Of a stretch of DNA of 61,143 nucleotides, positions 26,676 through 36,100 are shown piece by piece. The notes below the pieces were generated by a model. The model worked only from the letters and a program-made list of their open reading frames with translations. It was not told where the DNA came from and searched no databases. Source of the DNA: an uncultured Solibacteraceae bacterium. Its GTDB lineage: Bacteria > Acidobacteriota > Holophagae > Holophagales > Holophagaceae. The stretch's first letter is position 1, and each line of letters begins with the position of its first letter. Position numbers and translations under genes: made by a program. The DNA lies in NCBI GenBank assembly GCA_964457075.1, contig CAYWDR010000001.1:1-61143 (forward strand), given 5' to 3'.

Positions 26676-27458
26676 TCATCCCGCCAATCGGAGTTCTTGA
26701 AGCAGCCCCAGCCAAGGACCCTGGGCCTGGCTCGCGCCGGAACCAATCCGGAGGGCCAGCCTTCCCTGCGCATCCCAGAGGGCAAGCTCCTGGGGAGTCC
26801 GGCTCCCGGGCTCCCGGGGAACCCTCCGGAGCCTCGATCCGGGTTGGGATTGGATGCGAAGCGTCCCCCCGGGGCCTTCCGCCTCGAGCCCCGTGGGGCC
26901 CGAGCGGAAGGCCTCCAGGGGTCCACGGCCCTGAAGGTGGCCCCCCGCGATGGGGACGCGGAAGGCCAGAGCCAGGCCCCTGACCCGGGCCTCGTCCAGC
27001 AGCAGTTCCAGGGAGACGGGCGGGTGGGCGCCTTCCCGGGGATCCCACTCGGGGATGGGCTTGATCCCGGAGGAGGCCGGGAGCGGAGGGGCGTCCTCCA
27101 GGCTCGCGAAGCCCCATCGGTCCGCCGCCTGCAGCAGGAAGCGGGGGGGCACGATGAACCGCACCACCTCCGCGCCCGATGCGTCCAGGACGCGGATTCC
27201 CCCCGCATCGGCCCGGAGGGCAGACCAGGCGCGAGGCAGGGCCCTCAGCCGGGCATGGGCGGTGGCAAGGATGGCCTCCCCTGCTTCCCAGCGGAGGGAG
27301 GCGCCGGTGCCCTCGGTTTGAAGGGAGACCAGGCCCTGATCCGAGCGGATCCAGAATCCGGGGCATTGGAGGATGGCCTGGAGGAGGGCGGAAGCCTCGG
27401 CCCATAGGCGGCAGGGTTCGAGCAGGGGATTCAGAGGGGTGCTGGGAAGGGGCGACAT
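26676..27458 (-). CDS. HemS/ChuS/ChuX-like heme-binding or heme-degrading protein (tentative)
   Basis: 260 aa with two repeats. Each repeat ends in a HemS-like strand pair: IRVLDASGAEVVRFIVP and ELALWDAQGRLALRIGSG. HemS has SIQFFDHQGDALHKVYV and SLELFAADGTQIAQLYG at the equivalent positions. Confidence 0.45.
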   Translation of the reverse strand: MSPLPSTPLNPLLEPCRLWAEASALLQAILQCPGFWIRSDQGLVSLQTEGTGASLRWEAGEAILATAHARLRALPRAWSALRADAGGIRVLDASGAEVVRFIVPPRFLLQAADRWGFASLEDAPPLPASSGIKPIPEWDPREGAHPPVSLELLLDEARVRGLALAFRVPIAGGHLQGRGPLEAFRSGPTGLEAEGPGGTLRIQSQPGSRLRRVPREPGSRTPQELALWDAQGRLALRIGSGASQAQGPWLGLLQELRLAG

Positions 27459-27471
27459 GGGATGCCTTTAG

Positions 27472-27500
27472 TTTGAGACTGAGACTCAAATATTATCATT
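27472..27500 (-). promoter_or_regulatory. AT-rich operator-like patch upstream of the HemS-like/encapsulin operon (Fur-box-like, tentative)
   Basis: tttGAGACTGAGACTCAAATATTATCATT lies 14-42 nt upstream of the ATG at 27458. AATATTATCATT resembles nATwAT Fur hexamers. GAGACTCAA also occurs upstream of apbE. Confidence 0.3.
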
Positions 27501-27599
27501 CTTTCCCCCCCGTCAACCCCTAGTCCTTGGGTTCATGACGAAAATCCGCCCCTTCCTCCGGTCTCTGCGGGGGCTGGGAATAAAGGCAAATCAAGCCTG

Positions 27600-27628
27600 T
27601 TGACATGCCGGTTCCATCCAAGTGAAAT
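27600..27628 (+). promoter_or_regulatory. Sigma70-like promoter for the protease-nuclease gene
   Basis: TTGACA (27600-27605), a 17-nt spacer, then TGAAAT (27623-27628). GGAGGG lies 7 nt before the ATG at 27658. Confidence 0.4.
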
Positions 27629-27657
27629 GAGCGCCCACGTCCGAGGAGGGTGGAATC

Positions 27658-29472
27658 ATGTCCAGCAACCTCATCACCGTCTTGCAGTCCGCCGGTGGAT
27701 CCGGATTGGCGGACCAGGAGCAGAAGGCCCTAAGCAGGTACCGGGAACGGACCCCGGCGCGGGAAGGGCATCGCGAGGCCCTTCGAACCCTCACTCCCAT
27801 GGAGGTCGATCAGCCCGAACGGGCCCGCGCGCGCCGGCGCGGGATCGATGGGCGGGATGGCCTGGCCCTGGAGCGGGTGCTGCGGACCAGCGATCTCTTC
27901 CCCATCTCATACCTGGAGGCGGGGCTGGAGGCCAGCCGTCCGGTGTGCCGGATCGAGCTCCGGGACCGGGTGGGCCATGTGCTCGGCCACGGCACGGGAT
28001 TCCTCGTTGCGCCGGGCCTGCTCATGACGAACCATCACGTGCTGGAGGATGGGGAGGCCGCCCGCCCGAGCCTCGCGCAATTCAACTACGAGGAGGATCG
28101 CCACCGGATGCCCCGGCCGACCTCGCACTTCCGCCTCGATCCCGATCGCTTCTTCATGACCCACGAGGATCTCGACTTCAGCCTCGTGGCGGTCGAACCC
28201 GTGGCGGCCGATGGGGCGAGCCTCTCCGGGTTCGGCTCCCTGCGCCTCCTCCCGGAATCCGGCAAGGCCCTGGTGGGGGAATACGTCTCCATCATCCAGC
28301 ACCCCAAGGGCGCGCCCAAGGCCGTGGCCATCCGGGAAAACGAGGTCATGGACGTGTTCGACGACTTCCTCCACTACGCCACGGATACGGAGCCGGGCTC
28401 CTCCGGCTCGCCGGTCTTCAACGACGCCTGGGACGTGGTGGCCCTCCACCATTCCGGCGTGCCCGATCCGCAGGACTCCCAGAAATATGTGGCCAACGAA
28501 GGCGTCCGGATCAGCAGCATCATGCGGTTCCTGGCCTCGGAACGGCCCAATCTGGATGCCGTGGGCCGGGCCCTCATCGAGGGGCTGGAGGCGGGCCCCG
28601 TCCAGCCCCACCGGCCTCCGGCCAACCCCCCCACCCTCCTCGTGGAGGAGCCATCGGAGGCCTGGTACAAGGGGGCCAAGGGCTACGATCCCCTCTTCCT
28701 GGGGAGCGCCTTCAAGGTGCAACTGCCCCACCTGAAATCCTGGCTGGAGCAGGATCTCGCGCACGCCAAGGCGGGCGGCCCGGAGCTGAGGTACACGAAC
28801 TTTTCGGTGGTGATGAGCAAGGCCCGGCGCCTGGCCCGTTTCACCGCCGTCAACATCGACGGGGATCGATTGGAGAACCTCCCCCGCGCGAACGACAAGT
28901 GGTACTTCGATCCCCGGCTCGACCGCCGGTACCAGTGCGGCCCCGAGCTCTACGCCAACAACGACCTCGACCGCGGGCATCTCGTGCGGCGGCTGGATCC
29001 GGTGTGGGGGGCCCGCGCCTCGGAGGCCAACGAGGATACGTTCCACTTCACCAACTGCGCGCCGCAGCACAAGAACCTCAATCAGAAGACCTGGCTGGGG
29101 CTGGAGGATTACATCCTGAAGAACGCGGGCCGTTACGGGTTGAAGGTCAGCGTCTTCACGGGCCCCGTCTTCCGGGAAGACGACCTCCTATACCGGGGTG
29201 AATTCCAGATCCCAGCGGAGTTCTGGAAGGTCGTGGTCGTGCTCAAGGAGGAGGAGCGGCTCTCCGCCACCGCCTACCTGCAAACCCAAAAGAACCTCCT
29301 CGACGACCTCGAATTCGCCTACGGGCGATACCGGACCTACCAAGTCCCCGTGGCCAAGATCGAAGGGCTCACGGGCCTCGACTTCGGCGTGCTCCGGACC
29401 TTCGATCCCATCGCCCATCTCGAAGGGCGCATGGGCCGCGTGATCGAGCGGGCGGAGGATATCCGGATCTGA
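27658..29472 (+). CDS. Fusion protein: trypsin-like serine protease (Trypsin_2/V8-like) + DNA/RNA non-specific endonuclease (Endonuclease_NS), no signal peptide
   Basis: 604 aa. Protease triad context is GTGFLVAPGLLMTNHHV, DLDFSLV and TEPGSSGSPVF. Nuclease motifs are NDLDRGHLVRR (28969-28983) and FTNCAPQHKNLNQKTW. It has a strong RBS. Confidence 0.85.
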   Translation: MSSNLITVLQSAGGSGLADQEQKALSRYRERTPAREGHREALRTLTPMEVDQPERARARRRGIDGRDGLALERVLRTSDLFPISYLEAGLEASRPVCRIELRDRVGHVLGHGTGFLVAPGLLMTNHHVLEDGEAARPSLAQFNYEEDRHRMPRPTSHFRLDPDRFFMTHEDLDFSLVAVEPVAADGASLSGFGSLRLLPESGKALVGEYVSIIQHPKGAPKAVAIRENEVMDVFDDFLHYATDTEPGSSGSPVFNDAWDVVALHHSGVPDPQDSQKYVANEGVRISSIMRFLASERPNLDAVGRALIEGLEAGPVQPHRPPANPPTLLVEEPSEAWYKGAKGYDPLFLGSAFKVQLPHLKSWLEQDLAHAKAGGPELRYTNFSVVMSKARRLARFTAVNIDGDRLENLPRANDKWYFDPRLDRRYQCGPELYANNDLDRGHLVRRLDPVWGARASEANEDTFHFTNCAPQHKNLNQKTWLGLEDYILKNAGRYGLKVSVFTGPVFREDDLLYRGEFQIPAEFWKVVVVLKEEERLSATAYLQTQKNLLDDLEFAYGRYRTYQVPVAKIEGLTGLDFGVLRTFDPIAHLEGRMGRVIERAEDIRI

Positions 29473-29548
29473 TGAACGGCGGATGGGCCGTGGGTTCTAA
29501 GTCGTCGTCACAAAATAACCTTGTCGTCCCAAAGGCGAGAACGACATA

Positions 29549-29601
29549 AGGAGCCGTAACGGACTAACCAGAAATGCACTGGTTAGTCCGTAACGGCTCC
29601 T
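29549..29601. repeat. 23-bp inverted repeat (one A-A mismatch) with 7-nt loop between the nuclease gene and mutL
   Basis: aggagccgtaacggactaaccag-aaatgca-ctggttagtccgtaacggctcct. The surrounding DNA is AT-richer. It ends 11 nt before the mutL ATG. Confidence 0.8.
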
Positions 29602-29612
29602 AAACTGGATCC

Positions 29613-31385
29613 ATGGCCAAGATCCGCATCCTCTCCGATCAGGTCGCGAATCAGATCGCGGCCGGGGAGGTCGTGGAGCGGCCCGCCAGCGTCCTGAAGG
29701 AGCTGGTGGAGAACGCCCTGGATGCCGGGGCCACCCGCATCGAGGTGGCCTGGGAGGAGGGCGGCAAGAAGCTGCTCTCCGTGGCGGACGACGGCTCGGG
29801 CATGGGCCGCGACGACCTCTTCCTCGCCCTGGAGCGCCACGCCACGTCCAAGGTACGCACGGCCGACGATCTCCAGCGCCTCGCCTCCTTCGGTTTCCGC
29901 GGCGAGGCCCTGCCCAGCATCGCCAGCGTCACGCGGTTGGAGCTGCACAGCGCCGAGGCGGAGGGGAAAGGCCACCGCCTCCGCGCGGAATTCGGCCTCG
30001 TAAGGGGCGTGGAGCCCGCGCCGCGCTCCCGCGGGACCACGGTCACCGTACGGGACCTCTTCGCCCAGCTCCCCGCCCGCCGCCGCTTCCTTAAATCCAC
30101 GGACACGGAGCACGCCCAGCTATGGGGCGCCCTCACGCGGCTCATCCTCGCCACGCCCGAGGTGCATTGGACCCTCCGGCCCGACCGCGGCGGCGATCTC
30201 GTGCTGCCCCCCGTGGATCATCCCGGCGAGCGCCTGGGCCCGCTGCTGGGCGACAAGTTCCGGGCCCTCGTGCCCTTCCGGGATGGCGAAGCGCCCTGGG
30301 TGCTGAAGGGTTTCCTGAGCCCGCCATCGCTGAGCTTCCGCGATCGCAGCCACCTTTACCTCTTCGTCAACGGTCGCGCCGTGAGGGATCGCCTCCTGCT
30401 GGCGGCCCTCGCCGATGGCTGGGAGGGCCGCTTCGCCAAGGGCGCCTACCCCGCCGCCGTCCTCTTCCTCGACGTGCCCCCCGAGGCCGTGGACGTCAAC
30501 GTCCACCCGACGAAGGCCGAGGTGCGCTTCCGCGAATCCCACCGCATCTTCCCCTGGGTCTCCCGTGCCACCCGCGAGGCCTGGGCGGCCCTGGGCGGCG
30601 ACCTCGCCTCCGTGCTGGAGATGCCCCCCAAGCCCGCCGAGGCGGAGTTCGAGCTGGAAGCCCGCAGGCCGGCCGCCCAACATCCGCGCCTATGGAATGA
30701 GGCGTCCATGGCCGTCCTGCGGGAAGCCTTCGGAAGGCCCATGGATCTAGACCGAAGTTACGACCTCTCGGCGGCGCCAGTGGGCGCCGCTGAGGAGCTG
30801 GACGCAGGCCCCCGCTACCTCGGCGCCTTCCAGCACACCTACCTTCTCGTGGAAGTGCCCGCGGAAAAGGAACCGGAGCTCTGGATCGTCGATCAGCACG
30901 TGGCCCACGAGCGCGTCCTCTTCGAGCGGCTCTTCCTCCGCCGCCACGCCCCGGCCCTGCAGCCCCTCATGCCGCCCAAAGTGGTGACGCTCGGCCCCGC
31001 GGCCCTCAGCCGCCTCGGCCCCTTCCTCGACGAGCTCAACGCCGTGGGCGTCGAGTGCGAGGCCTTCGGCGCCGACGCCATCGTCGTGCGGGCCCTGCCC
31101 GACTTCCTCGCCGATCGCGATCCCCAGGCCTTGATGGAGGACCTCCTCGCCCGCATGGAAGCCGGCGCCAAGCCCGATCTCGACACCTTCCGCCGCGACC
31201 TCAACGCCGAGCTGGCCTGCCGCGCCGCCATCAAGAAGCACCACATCCTCCCCGGCGATCTGGCCCTCCGCCTCGTGCGGGATCTCATGGCCTGCGAAGT
31301 GCCGCACACCTGCCCCCACGGGCGGCCCATCATCAAGAAACTCACCCTGGCGGAACTGGAGCGCAGCTTCGGGCGGCGGGTGTAG
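29613..31385 (+). CDS. mutL: DNA mismatch repair protein MutL (endonuclease-type)
   Basis: 590 aa. GHKL ATPase N-terminus (AAGEVVERPASVLKELVENALDAGA ... DDGSGM). C-terminal DQHVAHERVLFE, ACRAAIK and CPHGRP motifs. Confidence 0.95.
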   Translation: MAKIRILSDQVANQIAAGEVVERPASVLKELVENALDAGATRIEVAWEEGGKKLLSVADDGSGMGRDDLFLALERHATSKVRTADDLQRLASFGFRGEALPSIASVTRLELHSAEAEGKGHRLRAEFGLVRGVEPAPRSRGTTVTVRDLFAQLPARRRFLKSTDTEHAQLWGALTRLILATPEVHWTLRPDRGGDLVLPPVDHPGERLGPLLGDKFRALVPFRDGEAPWVLKGFLSPPSLSFRDRSHLYLFVNGRAVRDRLLLAALADGWEGRFAKGAYPAAVLFLDVPPEAVDVNVHPTKAEVRFRESHRIFPWVSRATREAWAALGGDLASVLEMPPKPAEAEFELEARRPAAQHPRLWNEASMAVLREAFGRPMDLDRSYDLSAAPVGAAEELDAGPRYLGAFQHTYLLVEVPAEKEPELWIVDQHVAHERVLFERLFLRRHAPALQPLMPPKVVTLGPAALSRLGPFLDELNAVGVECEAFGADAIVVRALPDFLADRDPQALMEDLLARMEAGAKPDLDTFRRDLNAELACRAAIKKHHILPGDLALRLVRDLMACEVPHTCPHGRPIIKKLTLAELERSFGRRV

Positions 31386-31407
31386 CCGGGTCCGCCTGAA
31401 CGGGAGG

Positions 31408-31722
31408 TTAAGTAGAGGCCTTCGGGGAGCCAACCAGGGCAAGGAATGCTTCGATTTGAGCTCGGCCGTAGATGGGTTGCCTGAATTGAGCGCCTTTTTG
31501 AAAGGGGCGGGCAACGGTGTACCCGAGGATGCGAAGCAACTTTTGGATGTATTCCAATTCGGCTTGGGAGCGCGCGGTGAGCCGCACCTCGTTGCCCTTT
31601 TTATAGACTTGGGATCCCTCGTTCTCGAGACGTTCCGGATTTTGAAAGCGTACATACCCATGCTGCCGGAAGTGGGCGGCGAGTTCGTAGCTGGCTTCGC
31701 GTTTCGAAAGTTGTTTCGGCAT
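31408..31722 (-). CDS. Hypothetical protein, possibly LAGLIDADG-like fold (tentative)
   Basis: 104 aa in a visibly lower-GC segment. EVRLTARSQAELEYIQKLLRILGYTV...IYGRAQIEAFLALVG resembles the second half of a LAGLIDADG domain. This is pattern resemblance only. Confidence 0.4.
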   Translation of the reverse strand: MPKQLSKREASYELAAHFRQHGYVRFQNPERLENEGSQVYKKGNEVRLTARSQAELEYIQKLLRILGYTVARPFQKGAQFRQPIYGRAQIEAFLALVGSPKAST

Positions 31723-31736
31723 GGATGTACAAAGGC

Positions 31737-32159
31737 CTAACGGATGAAGGGGCCGCCCCGAATGATAGACCATAGGACGAATCCACCCATGAAAAGCGAG
31801 ACCACGGCGACCGCCCGAAGATACCGAAGCGCCTGTGGAACGGCACGCTGCGTGAACTTCCGGTGCCACTGCCACGGGATCAGAAAGAGAATGGCGGTCG
31901 TGCCAACAAGGAGCCAGCCGAAGATCCTGAAAGAGGGAGGGAACGGAACATGGGCGGCTTGAACGATGAATGCGAGGCCGACGATCGCACGAACCAACAA
32001 CTCGGCGTAATGAGTCGCGGCCGAAGACGCGAACCCCATGAGAAAGCTCGATGCGCGTGATGGGGACGTGAATGAGACAACGGATAGGGCGACGAAATAG
32101 AGGCTGGCCAACGCGACGATGGGCAAGGCAAGCACGTTGAGCATTCGAATCCCGTTCAT
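31737..32159 (-). CDS. Hypothetical four-TM membrane protein
   Basis: About 140 aa from ATG 32159; the track ORF begins at a TTG at 32186. Four hydrophobic helices, lower GC. No family recognised. Confidence 0.45.
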   Translation of the reverse strand: MNGIRMLNVLALPIVALASLYFVALSVVSFTSPSRASSFLMGFASSAATHYAELLVRAIVGLAFIVQAAHVPFPPSFRIFGWLLVGTTAILFLIPWQWHRKFTQRAVPQALRYLRAVAVVSLFMGGFVLWSIIRGGPFIR

Positions 32160-32216
32160 GAAAAGAAAGCTGGTGTCCGTGGCCAAGCATAATTGGCGTT
32201 CGGTGATGGGAGGGGG

Positions 32217-33000
32217 TCACCTTTCCTCGGTGGCGTCCAGTTGATCCGCCAAGTATTCCCCGATGGCCAGGGAGGCCGTGGCCGCCGGGCTGGGGGCGTT
32301 GAGCAGGTGCAGACAGCGGCCGGTGCGCGCCACGGCGAAGTCGTCGGCCAGATCCCCGCTGGGGAGCACGGCTTGGGCGCGGACGCCCGCGGGGCCGGGG
32401 AGGAGGTGCTGGGCTTCCAAGGCGGGGACGAGGCGGCGGAGATCCCGCAATAGGAGGGCCTTGGAGAAGGATCGGGCCACCTCGTAGGCCCCCGTCCGGG
32501 CGTGCTTTAGGGCGAGGCGCCAGAAGCCGGGGTAGGTGAGCACGTCGCGGAGGTCCCGGGAGGAGACGTCGCCCCAGGAGTAGCCCTCCCGGGCCAGGGC
32601 CAGCACGGCGTTGGGGCCCGCGTCCACCTCGCCGTGGACGCCGCGGGTGAGGTGGACGCCGAGGAAGGGCAGGGCGGGGTCGGGCACGGGGTAGATGAGG
32701 CCCTTCACGATGGCGGCGCCTTCGGGGCTGAGGAGGTGGTACTCGCCGCGGAAGGGGATGATGCGCAGGGGGGGCGGGGCCTGGAGGCCGTGCACGCGGT
32801 CGGCGTGGAGGCCCGCGCAGGCGACGACGCGGTGCGCGAGGATCTCGCCGCCGCGCCAACGGACGAGCACGCCGCCGCCGCGGGGCTGGAGCCCCGTGAC
32901 CTCCACGCCCGGGTGGATTTCCACGCCCTGGGCGAGGAGGCGCGCCTTAAGGCGGCGGGCCACGGCGGGGTAGTCGGCCACGCCCGTCGAGGGGAGGTGG
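32217..33000 (-). pseudogene. lhgO: 5'-truncated copy of L-2-hydroxyglutarate oxidase gene (3' ~260 codons only)
   Basis: Colinear with codons ~145-403 of the full gene at 42011-43222. It includes a 268-nt identical tract (32510-32777 = 42295-42562). Homology stops at ~33000, so there is no FAD-binding N-terminus. Confidence 0.8.
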
Positions 33001-33139
33001 GGCGACCCCGCTTCCCGCCGGGAAGCCCTTGGGATGAAAATCCTCGCATCGCGATATTGAGATGGCAATTACCTATGCGCAATCCGTCGTTGATCTTGGT
33101 AGGCTGCTTTTCATTCCTGGCCATAAACGCGGAGTCTTC

Positions 33140-36100
33140 ATGCCCCACAGCTTGTTCCAAATCTTGTGGAGTGGTGTTCGGCAGACAGGTGCCTGGGGTC
33201 TCGGCCTGCTGCTGGTTTCCTCCTTGCGCGGCGGCGAGCCCGGCGCCGGTAACCGGGACGTGAGGGTGCAGGGCCGGATGATCCAGGCGGGCCCTGCGAG
33301 GGTGGATGCGGTAAGCGGGCAAGTGGAGTTGAGGCTTCCCCTGGGCCCCGCCCTGCCGGGCCGGATTCCAATGGGGATCCAATGGCGGTACGACAGCGGG
33401 AGCGCGGGATACACGAAAGCTGGGGTTTCACCCTTCATTTGGCCCGATGTGACGGAGAGCTTTTCTGAACGGAAGGTCGTGGTCAGGGTCAACCACGCTG
33501 ATACGAGCTACTACCACACCACCTCCATCAGTTCGACCACGGGCCGCAAGTGGCTCTCGGATCGCAGCGTGGCCGCCCCCTCATTCCTCGAGGGGCTGAC
33601 GAATCCGCTCTATCGGGTGCGGGTGTACGCAGACGAAGGCTCATCTAGCCATCTGGTGGCAACCCGTTGGTATCGCCTCAAGACTTGGCCCGATGGCCTC
33701 GTCACCGAAGTGGACTTGGGTTACCAGCTGGCCGTGGTCTCCGGCGATCTGGCCATGGCCACCGATTTCACGCCAAACGTGTCCGCATCGCTCGTGACCC
33801 GTTTGAGCAACCGGTGGGGGGATTGGGTGCGGATCACGGAGGAGGGGAGGCCCCTATCCCGGCTCCGAATGGAGAGCAACCTGGGGCACTGGGTGGAGCT
33901 TTCAGCGGTGGTCCCCTTGCCCGCAGATGGCTCCTTTGGCCAAGCCACCTATGAGGTGGGCAACAACCTGGGGCTCGCAAAGGTCAGCTTCACGGCGGAA
34001 GGCAGCGCCTCAGGAGACACACCGGGCCAGCTTTGGCCCACCTGCACCCAGCTGGGGCTCAAGACACTCTCCGATGCAGTCCAGGGACTACGGCTCACCC
34101 TCGTAGGGGCCTCCTACGGACTGGAATCCATTGCCCTAGCCTCCGGGGCGACCTACACCTTCACCTACATATCTACTACGGCGGGGAATCAGGCCACAGA
34201 AGGCTTTGCGGCGGAAGATTCGGGTGCCGTCAAGAAGGGGGACTGGAAGGGATGGGAGCCTGTGCGCCACGGCTCAGGCCTTCATACCATTGGCGTTTTC
34301 CGAAAGGCAGTCGCTCAGATCCAAATCACATCCAGCGTGCCTGGCGAGCAGGGGGGCAGGGTGGAATTGACGAGGGCCGTTCCCCAGCCCACGGGCTACA
34401 ACGCGGCCGAAGGCACCATCACCTGGTCGGCCAAGGCTCACTCGACGACCATCCTCAAGTATCCAAACCCCGTTCCAACGGCCGGCGAGCCCGCCCGCTT
34501 CACCCGCCTCATCCATGCCGAGCCGCTGGATGTCTACGGCCGGCCTGGCCAGGATTCGGTCGCGCAGCGCCAAATGCTCCTGTTCACTTATAGCGCGGTG
34601 GTGAAGGAGGAGAGCGGCATCCTGGAGAACGGCGTGGAAGTGGTTCGGAGCCGCGCCATATCCGATGCCTGGACCCTGCGGAGTCCCAAGAACGCCGACG
34701 GCCTCATCGCCTCCGGCCTGCCGCTCTTTCCTGCCCCCACGCGAGTCCTGAGCGAACGGCCCCAGGGCGACGGACCCACGACGGTGGTGGAGCAGGTGGA
34801 CTGGGATGGATCCCAGTTCAGCATCCAGAGCACTACCACCTGGGCTCCAGGCGCGGCCGTGCCGGGCCTGGATAGCACGGGTCGCCCCGCCGCCATCCCC
34901 TGGCGCGGCGTGGAAGTGGCCGAAGGGATCACCGTTTCCGGCCCCATACAGCGAACGCAGCGCGCCGTCCGGGCTTGGAACACCGACCTCGCGCGGTGGC
35001 AAACTCAATCCGGTTCGGAGTCCGTAGGTGGCGCGGAGTACGCCGCCCTCCGCGGTGCTGCAGCCGTAGACCTGGGCACCAAGACCTTCGCCTACGATGT
35101 TTTCGGGCGCCCCGAGGCCGTGACCGGAACCACGGGCCCCTACACTTCGACCCATCTTCAAACCTACGGGCCCGATCGCCCCGAGGTGGAGAGCACCACG
35201 CGCAGCCTCAGCGGGCCCAATGGCGTCCCCCTCTCGGGCCGGGTGGGCGAGACCTACCAGTACACGGGACTCTGGCGCTCGGGCGTCCAATCCCGTCCCG
35301 ATACCCGCTGGGCCACGGAGGAACGGGATGGCCTGGGCCGTATCACGGCCACCCAAAGCCCGGATGGCGTGCGCGTGACCTTCGAGTACGACCTATTGGG
35401 CCGCCTCTGGCGCAGCACACGACAGGCCAAGGGCAGCGTCGCGGCCCTATCCACGTGGACCGAATGGGATCCCGCGGGCCGTTGGGTGCGCCAGCATGCG
35501 CCGGGCCACGACGGATCCGATCTGATCACGGAGACCCGCCTCAGCGCCTTCGGCGCGACCCTTGCCACCACCTCCGCGAAGGGAACGGCGGCCGAGCGCA
35601 CGATCACGGCCGAATACGACGGCTTTGGGCAGAAGGTGAGGGAATCCCTGTCCACCAAACCCGGGGCCACGCCCCGGTTCAAAACATGGATCTACGAACC
35701 GGATGGCTTCCTCCGCCAAGTGAAGAACACCCGGGGCATCGTGCTCTCCACCATGGCGCGCCCCGTGTGGGGAACCCTTGATGGCCTCTCGGGCTTGCTG
35801 TCCTCGGTGCAGGGCTACCGGGGGCAGCCCCAACAGGGCCTTCGGGATCTCCTGGGCCAAGTGGCGCGGACGAAGGATCCCAAGGGCCAGATCACGGCGA
35901 TGGCCTACGACGCGTACGGCCGGCTCAAGGAGATCAAGCGGGGGGTGCAGGTTCGGAGCTACACCTACAACGAAGTGGGCTGGCTCCTGAGCCAGACTCA
36001 ACCGGAGCAGGGCACGACCACCTTCTCCGAGCACACCCTTCTGGGCCTTCCCATGAGGGCCATGCGGGGCCCCGTGACCGCCACGACGGTCCTCTATTCG

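Noticed and set aside
24144-26983. 692-aa minus-strand and 683-aa plus-strand ORFs over the encapsulin/CbiX region
   Set aside because: These are extreme Arg/Pro/Gly low-complexity translations. The alternative frames encode the encapsulin and the signal-peptide CbiX-like protein with clear motifs.
29472-29549. 25-codon mini-ORF (MNGGWAVGSKSSSQNNLVVPKARTT) overlapping the nuclease stop codon, considered as a possible inhibitor or antitoxin peptide
   Set aside because: It has no RBS, is very short and has no recognisable features. It cannot be supported from sequence alone.
31408-32859. 483-aa minus-strand ORF fusing the small LAGLIDADG-like gene with an off-frame translation of the lhgO fragment; similar 208-aa ORF at 42018-42644
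   Set aside because: The upstream portions are Arg/Pro-rich off-frame translations of lhgO sequence on its own strand. Only the last 104 codons (31408-31722) look coding.
33062-33139. Upstream ATG at 33062 as the Rhs start
   Set aside because: The 26 extra codons lie in AT-richer, promoter-like DNA. The ATG at 33140 has a GGAG 6 nt upstream and is followed directly by the hydrophobic signal-like segment.
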